A DNA stretch of 64,000 nucleotides from Desulfomonilia bacterium. Lineage in GTDB: Bacteria; Desulfobacterota; Desulfomonilia; UBA1062. Position 1 is the first letter of the stretch. Every line of letters begins with the position of its first letter. The translations under genes were made by a program, and so were the position numbers. Below, in pieces: positions 57,217-64,000 of the stretch. Where the stretch lies: NCBI GenBank assembly GCA_963664325.2, contig CAXXDQ010000006.1, positions 1-64,000 on the forward strand, written 5' to 3'. A model generated the notes under the pieces. The model saw nothing but the letters and a program-made list of their open reading frames with translations, was not told the origin of the DNA and did not search any database.

Positions 57217-58854
57217 ATGCATGAAAAACCGATAACCAGACGCAGTTTTTTGAAACTGGGCAGCACTGCGGCCATTGGTATTGCAGGTGCAGGCGTTTTG
57301 GGTTGCAGCAGGAAGCAGGATTATGCGCTCGATATCGATCCTGCCGTTTATGATACGCCTGAAAAAGCGGGAATACCCATCGAGAACCTGATAAAAAAAG
57401 CCGGCTCCCTTGGGGGCAAGCGGCCTAATATAATTATCATCCTGTGCGACGACCTCGGCTATGGAGACCTCGGCTGCTACGGCAGCATCGCCATCAAGAC
57501 GCCGAATCTTGACAGGATGGCTGGCGAAGGCATGAGATTCACAGATTTCTATGCCTGCAACGCCTTATGTTCTCCGTCCCGGGCGGGATTGCTGACCGGC
57601 AGGTATCCGCACAGGACAGGTGTCACGTTCCCGGTGGACCTGCATGAACCTTTCCTGAAGAGGCTGGGCATGGCCGCCGGACGCCTGTTCTTCTTCGACC
57701 TCTTCGTGCATCTCGGCGCCATCGACGGTGTCGGCGCAAAGAGCATAGTGCAGGGACTGCCCCTGTCTGAGCTCACCATTGCGTCTGCTCTGAAAGTCGC
57801 CGGGTACAGAACCGCGGCGCTCGGCAAGTGGCATCTGGGCGATTTCACAAAGCTGCCGCAGCACCATCCTTACAGGCATGGGTTCGACTACTTTGCGGGA
57901 TTCGCAGGTGTCAATGACGATCCTCCCCAATATCCGTTCTGGCGGGGCGAGAAGGAGATCGTGCACAACATCGGGCTGGCCCAGGAGCCTTATACCGGGA
58001 TACTGACGCAGGAGGCGGTGAATTTCATCGAGCAGTCGAAGCACGAACCCTTCTTCCTCTATTTCGCCCACAAGGACCCGCACCAGCCCAACATACCATC
58101 TAATCGCTTCAAGAATTCATCCGAGGGCGGGCGGTACGGGGACACAGTGCAGGAGGTCGACTGGAGCGTGGGCGAGGTTCTCAAATGCCTTGAGAGGAAC
58201 AACCTGACGCAGGACACGATCATACTTTTCACCAGCGACAACGGCGCCTTCTTCAACGGGAGCAACGGCATCCTGCGGGGAGGGAAGGGCCAGAGCTACG
58301 AGGGCGGGTTCCGCGTGCCCATGCTTGCATGGTGGCCCGGGCGCATCCCGGCCGGCAGTGTATGCAGCGAGCCCTTAATGAACATTGACTTCTTCCCCAC
58401 CTGCCTGTCGCTGGCCGGGCTTGCTCCGCCTCCTGACAGGATAATCGACGGCAGGGACATCACGGGACTGCTTGAAGGAACTGTCAAGAAATCCCCGCAT
58501 GACGCCCTGTTCTTCTTCCATCACAACGAGATCGAGGGTGTCAGGGAAGGCGACTGGAAATACTTCCGCCGCATCAATCATGCCGTCTATCCGGTCTATG
58601 CCGACAAGGACAATACCGTGCTTGGGACGCTGGTCAGCAAATTCTTCAACTATACGGACAAGGACTCCGAGGGCAGGACACAGACAGTACCGTTTTTGGG
58701 CAGACTTCCGCTCCTCTACAACATGAGGACTGACCCGGGCGAAAGGTACAATGAGATCGACAAATACCCTGAGGTCGGGCGCAGGATGCTCGGCCTGATG
58801 AGCCAGTGGGAGCAGGCATTCGCCAAAAATCCGAGGGGATGGATCACGAAATGA
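57217..58854 (+). CDS. Tat-exported Cys-type (formylglycine) arylsulfatase, probable lipoprotein
   Basis: TRRSFLK Tat motif, VLGC lipobox, DDLGYGD, CSPSRAGLLTGR, GKWHLG, TSDNG and EGG.RVP. Confidence 0.93.
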   Translation: MHEKPITRRSFLKLGSTAAIGIAGAGVLGCSRKQDYALDIDPAVYDTPEKAGIPIENLIKKAGSLGGKRPNIIIILCDDLGYGDLGCYGSIAIKTPNLDRMAGEGMRFTDFYACNALCSPSRAGLLTGRYPHRTGVTFPVDLHEPFLKRLGMAAGRLFFFDLFVHLGAIDGVGAKSIVQGLPLSELTIASALKVAGYRTAALGKWHLGDFTKLPQHHPYRHGFDYFAGFAGVNDDPPQYPFWRGEKEIVHNIGLAQEPYTGILTQEAVNFIEQSKHEPFFLYFAHKDPHQPNIPSNRFKNSSEGGRYGDTVQEVDWSVGEVLKCLERNNLTQDTIILFTSDNGAFFNGSNGILRGGKGQSYEGGFRVPMLAWWPGRIPAGSVCSEPLMNIDFFPTCLSLAGLAPPPDRIIDGRDITGLLEGTVKKSPHDALFFFHHNEIEGVREGDWKYFRRINHAVYPVYADKDNTVLGTLVSKFFNYTDKDSEGRTQTVPFLGRLPLLYNMRTDPGERYNEIDKYPEVGRRMLGLMSQWEQAFAKNPRGWITK

Positions 58855-59048
58855 AAAAAAGAACCTTTGAAGATAACATTATAGCGGACGATGAAGAGAT
58901 TGTGTGAGGAGAGAAATTAAAGACTGAAGGATGATAAAGGTAATGATCAGATTCTGTAATCCCGGTCATAGGCTGCCTCACACAGTGAAGGAAATCAACC
59001 CCATAATACACTTGCACGCTGGCTTTACAAAAGGCTAATATCTGTATC

Positions 59049-59826
59049 ATGAAATTTCTTCTTACGAACGATGACGGAAATATATGCCCAGGGGCTTGCC
59101 GCAATCAAGCTGGAGCTTGAGAGGATAGGCGAGGTCACGGTGATCGCCCCTGTTACAGAGCAGTCCGCCGTCGGGCATGCGATAACTATTTCGGATCCAC
59201 TCAAGGTAATACCTATTTACCGTTCAGGCGGATTTTACGGCTGGGGCATTACCGGTTCGCCTGCGGATTGTGTCAAGCTAGGTATTTCCTGCATAATGAA
59301 GAACCCGCCCGACGTTGTTGTTTCGGGCATAAACCGCGGTGAGAATGTAGGTATAAACGTGCTTTACTCTGGCACGGTGTCGGCAGCCACAGAGGCCCTC
59401 ATTCTCGGTTTCAAGGGTATGGCGGTTTCCGTCGACAATTATTTTAACCCTGAATACTCGGCTGCCAGCATATTCGGGGCCAGACTTGCAAGAAGGCTGG
59501 CTGCAATAAGCGGACCCATGCCATACGCATTGAACGTAAACTGTCCTTCCGCATCTCTTGCGGATATCACAGGGGTAAAGATTACAAGACAGGGAAACTC
59601 AAGGATTGTAGATAATTTTGTCGAGCGTACAGACCCGCGCGGAACCAAGTATTACTGGCAGGCAGGCATGACAAAGTTCATGGATGAGACGCAGGATACA
59701 GATGCGGCCTGTCTCAAAAACAGGATGATATCGGTGACCCCCATACATTTCAGGCTCGGATACGCTGACAATATAAATCTGGAAGACAAAGACCTTGAAG
59801 GAATACTTAATGAGCCGGGAATTTGA
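59049..59826 (+). CDS. surE: 5'/3'-nucleotidase SurE, with a +1 frameshift at 59078-59080
   Basis: ATG 59049 reads MKFLLTNDDG, then IYAQGL continues in another frame. Later motifs include GSPADCV, SGINRGENVG and YSGTVSAA. Confidence 0.92.
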
Positions 59827-60529
59827 ATCTAGACTCGGCTATGTTTTCAGGAACAAGTCCCTTCTTAATGAGGCTCTTACTCATTCAACCTATGCGAACG
59901 AGCATAAATCCATGGATATTTGCGACAACCAGCGGCTCGAGTTCCTGGGGGACACGGTCGTAAACGCCACGATTGCAAAAAAGGTTTACCTTGCATTCCC
60001 TGACGCAACCGAAGGAAGGCTGACGAAATTAAGGGCCGAGCTTGTAAACGAGGCATCCCTCGTAAAAGTTGCTCAGCTCATAAGACTCGGGGCGGAACTG
60101 TATCTGGGGAAAGGGGAAGAGAGTGACGGGGGAAGCAGCAAACCGTCTATCCTTGCCGATGCATATGAAGCTGTTATCGGTGCGATATTCCTCGATGGCT
60201 CCTTCGATGAGGCAAGCTCGGTTGTTGAGGCGCATTTCGGACAGACATTCGGAAACGTTGAGGATATATCGATAACCGACTTCAAGAGCGCCCTGATAGA
60301 ATACTGCCAGTCAGAAATGAGGATGCTCCCTGAAATGTTTGTTGAGGATGAGTCAGGACCTGAACATGACAAGGTATTTACGTTGAGCGTAAGGCTTGAA
60401 GGTGAGATAATCGGGCGGGGTTCCGGCAAGACAAAAAAGCAGGCGTCGCAGGAGGCCTGCAGGGAGGCCTTGAAATCTCTGAAAAATCCGGATGTTCCAA
60501 GGGATCGGATACCGGCATCCAGAAAGTAA
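59810..60529 (+). CDS. rnc: ribonuclease III
   Basis: ALTHST, NQRLEFLGD, EGRLTKLRA, ADAYEAVIGAIFLD and a dsRBD (GPEH.K.F). Confidence 0.97.
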   Translation: MSREFESRLGYVFRNKSLLNEALTHSTYANEHKSMDICDNQRLEFLGDTVVNATIAKKVYLAFPDATEGRLTKLRAELVNEASLVKVAQLIRLGAELYLGKGEESDGGSSKPSILADAYEAVIGAIFLDGSFDEASSVVEAHFGQTFGNVEDISITDFKSALIEYCQSEMRMLPEMFVEDESGPEHDKVFTLSVRLEGEIIGRGSGKTKKQASQEACREALKSLKNPDVPRDRIPASRK

Positions 60530-60535
60530 CCTGAC

Positions 60536-61597
60536 ATGTCACAAGATTACAGCCTGCTGCCGATAGTTATTCCTGTTTATGTTTCAAACCTCGGATGTCC
60601 CCACAGGTGTGTGTTTTGCGACCAGACCCAATATTCAAAGCCTATACCGCCTGAAAACGTAAGGGAGTATGCGCTCGGATTCATAAGCAATTGCAGGATG
60701 CATAAGGAAAGGAAGCGCATACTGGCTTTTTACGGGGGTTCGTTCACCGGCATCGAAGAGGGGCTTTTCAATTCTTATCTTGATGAAGGAAAGAGGATGA
60801 TTAAAGAGGGTCTGATCCACGGCCTCAAGGCATCGACCAGGCCTGACATGATTAATGTGGAAACTCTTTCAAAGCTCAGACAGGCCGGATTTATCGAGCT
60901 TGAGATAGGGGCGCAGTCAATGGATGATGCTGTGCTTTCCGCCTCGATGAGGGGTCATACGGAAGACGCCACCCGGAAAGCGGCAAACTTTATCAGGGCA
61001 TCCGGACTCAAACTCGGAATACAGATAATGCCCGGGCTGCCTGGTGAGGACAAAGAGAGCTTTATCAGGACAGTAAATGCGGTCTGCGAATTGAAACCCG
61101 ATACGGCGAGAATATATCCCACGGTAGTCGTGAAGGGGACAAAACTTGAAACCATGTACAATGATAAGATGTTCCAACCCTTATCCCTTGATGCTGCTGT
61201 CAGGATGGCCCTTTATGCATATATCAGATTCAAAATTGCAGGGATCGAGGTACTCCGCATGGGAGTTCCGGTTGAAGGTCTTGATGTGGTTGCAGGCCCC
61301 GTCCATCCATCGTTCGGTTTTCTGGTAAAATCGCATGCCTACAAACTTATGGTTCAAATGGCGTTGGACAGTTTCAATATTACTGGTTTACCCGATTCGG
61401 GGATGAGCCGCGATGTGGTAGTCAATGTCAATCCTCATGATCTGCAGGAACTGATAGGATACAAACGCGAAAACATATCAGGGCTTTGCTTTCGATATGT
61501 TTCCGACGGCTCGCTTCCAAGGATGCAAATTATTATACGTTTTGGTAAAGAAAGTGCTTGTTTCAATTTCGAGGATATACTAAATCATATCATATGA
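60536..61597 (+). CDS. radical SAM protein (Elp3/YhcC-like)
   Basis: CPHRCVFC, AFYGGSFT, STRPD, EIGAQS and GP.HP.FG. Confidence 0.9.
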   Translation: MSQDYSLLPIVIPVYVSNLGCPHRCVFCDQTQYSKPIPPENVREYALGFISNCRMHKERKRILAFYGGSFTGIEEGLFNSYLDEGKRMIKEGLIHGLKASTRPDMINVETLSKLRQAGFIELEIGAQSMDDAVLSASMRGHTEDATRKAANFIRASGLKLGIQIMPGLPGEDKESFIRTVNAVCELKPDTARIYPTVVVKGTKLETMYNDKMFQPLSLDAAVRMALYAYIRFKIAGIEVLRMGVPVEGLDVVAGPVHPSFGFLVKSHAYKLMVQMALDSFNITGLPDSGMSRDVVVNVNPHDLQELIGYKRENISGLCFRYVSDGSLPRMQIIIRFGKESACFNFEDILNHII

Positions 61598-64000
61598 TTG
61601 CAGATGCATTTGATACCCGATCTCTCCCGGTGCTTCCCGAGCTTGCGGATCATGTTTTGAGGATGGCGCTGGAAGACGATGTATCTGTCGCAAAGCTCTC
61701 GGCAATAATTGAAAAAGACCAGTCGCTCACCGCCCGTATACTCTCAATGGCAAATTCAAGCCATTATAAGCGTTCACGGACAATCTACACGGTAAGGGAT
61801 GCCATAGTCATAATGGGCCTCGATCAGGTAAAGACAGTGGCGCTGGGAATGTGCGTGCTCGAGATGTTTCCGTCTGTTCCAGGCTCGGTTCTCGATTATA
61901 AGGAGTTCTGGAGGCACTGCCTTTCCTGCGGGCTTTTTGCCAGGGCCATCATGGAGGCTTCGGATTCAAGGCTTGCGACTAAGGCGTTTTACGCGGGTCT
62001 TCTGCATGATATAGGCAAGATGATTCTGGACCAGACAGACCATAAACGCTATGCAACAGTGCTGGAACAGGCCGCCGAAGGCATATATTCCCTGATCGAG
62101 CTCGAGAGGGAGATGCTGGGTACGACACACTGTGATGTCGGAAGAAAGGCGCTTGAAAGCTGGAAACTGCCTTCATTATACGTTGAAAGCATATGGTGCC
62201 ACCATGCGCCGGTAATGGTTATTGACGACGACCAGTACAGGCTCTCAGGCGTTGTCCATGTGGCAAACATCCTTTCGCACCAGAATTATATCGGCGCATC
62301 CGGGAACAATTTCCCGTCAAGGATTACGAACCCTCTTCTGAAAAGGTTTCAGCTTAATGCGGATGTGCTCGACGATATCATGCTTACCGTACCTTCCGAG
62401 GTCGAAACGATCTGTAACGAGCTCGGTCTGGGTAAGCCGAGGGAGGGACTTTTCAGGCTGATAAACAAAGCCAGCATGAGGCTTTCGGATGTTTCGCTTT
62501 CTCTTCAGCAAAGGACTGTTAAGGCTGAAAAGGCGCTGAAGCGTTCAGATATACTCATAAACCTCATAGCAGGCCTCAACCGTTCCGTTAAGATATCCGA
62601 GGCGCTGGAAATAACGGCCGAGGTGCTGAGCGGTTCTGGGTTCATAAAGGGTTTTCTGGGCGGGATCAGGGCCTCGGCGATGAACCTTGTATTTGAAATG
62701 AAACCCGGTGAAGAGCCAAAGTTTATACGCATAGGTGATGAGGAACTAAAGGGCATTGTCATTTCAGCCGACTACCCGATTGGCATGAGCCTCGCATCCG
62801 GTGTGTTCATGTATGTGAACCCCGTTGACGAGGAAACAGGCGACGACAACAGCCTTATAACTACGGTTGTCGAGGCCATGTCAGCGGCTCTCAAACGAAT
62901 AATGACTGAAAATGTACGCACTGAGCAGGCCGAGCATTTAAGGAATGCACTGTCAAGCGTATCGATCGAGAAACAGAAGGTGCTTGATATGCACGGGCTG
63001 AACATGGAGCTTCTCGATTCATCCCCGTTCGGGCTGTGCCTGCTCGATGATGCTGGTGCCGTTAGTGCCGAAAACCAGATATCGGCTGAGATAAGAAAAA
63101 CACTGGGTATCAGCGGGCCTTCCGTCCTTGATATGCTGGATAAGGAAGCCACAAAGGAAATTCGCGACGCATTGATATCAAGACATGAAACAGACAGCGT
63201 TATCCGTTCGGGAAACAAGTCAATAAGGATAATCACACGTCCGCTCAGTGTAAACTCGCTTTCCCTTCTTCTCATGTGGGATATAACAAAAGAACTTGAG
63301 CAGCAGAGAAGGCTTTCGGCATATGCAAAGATGAGCACGATAGGTAATCTCGCGGCGTCGATGGCCCATAATATGAAAAGTCCGCTGGGCGCAATACAGG
63401 GTTTTGCCAGCATAATCAAGGAAGACGTCAAGTCCGGAGGGGTTAAAATACTGCGTGAAGGCAAGAACGACCAGGATTTCATAACCATTATCGAGAGCAT
63501 AATCGCTGCCACGGAAAGTGTTCTCAAGATCATAAACCAGCTTCTGGGTCCTTACAAGAAAATGGGAAGGGTCTACCCAGAAAGCCGATATGAAGGCATT
63601 TGTGGGTGAAACCCTGGATATGGTCAAATCGCTTGCCGATGCATCCAAGGTGAAGCTCAGTACGGAGGTCGGTCCCAAGCATGCTTCAATCAGGACCAAT
63701 GCAGTCCAGCAGGTGGTTGCAAACAGCCTCATAAATGCCATTACCGCTTCATCCCCGGGTCAGGAGGTTGTTCTGGGGGTATCAAAGGATGCGGGCAGAA
63801 TTCTATTCAAGATAACCGACAAGGGCATAGGCATAGACGAAGAGCAGATATCAAAGATATTCGAACCTCTCTATTCCGCATGGCCAAGCAGGACCGGCAT
63901 GGGTCTGGGGCTGTCACTGGCAAGGGATATTGTGGAGACGATGGGCGGGGAAATTTCAGTCAAGTCATCGCCTGGTGCAGGCTCGACCTTTATCATAAGT
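61594..64000 (+). CDS. HDOD-domain histidine kinase, +1 frameshift near 63550, running off the window end
   Basis: HDOD (LPVLP, DQSLTARIL..ANS, GLLHDIGK) and H-box AHNMKSPL. HATPase motifs (N..NA, DKGIG, FEP, GMGLGL) are in the frame starting at 63551. Confidence 0.88.

Overview
This is a 64 kb chromosomal window from an anaerobic Gram-negative bacterium. Gene order and content suggest a deltaproteobacterial/Desulfobacterota-type organism (inference only). It holds about 50 CDSs. Housekeeping blocks are sppA-guaB-dnaE-accA-pilD, hslO...corC-lnt and surE-rnc-radical SAM. It also has a Cu-type P-ATPase, an MrfA/MrfB-like helicase and nuclease pair, a BaeSR-like system, a group 3c (Mvh) [NiFe] hydrogenase operon, a CoA-transferase/GH4/porin block, a sulfatase and a run of secreted or lipoprotein genes at 21-33 kb. 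I saw no rRNA, tRNA, CRISPR array, integrase or transposase. The most notable observations are: (1) two inverted, covarying copies of a ~120 bp palindromic intergenic element; (2) an Mvh hydrogenase operon in which a GltD-like NAD(P) flavoprotein with an HdrA-like ferredoxin tail sits where HdrABC is expected, behind a sigma54 promoter; (3) two distant paralogous secreted proteins with a suspected BPI/LBP-like lipid-binding fold; (4) a lipid-anchored cutinase/PETase-family hydrolase next to an 8-repeat propeller and a GH79; (5) a degenerate TIR/NDT-like gene coupled to mrfB. Two single-base frameshifts (surE, HDOD kinase) are probably sequencing errors. All calls come from reading motifs by eye; no searches were run.
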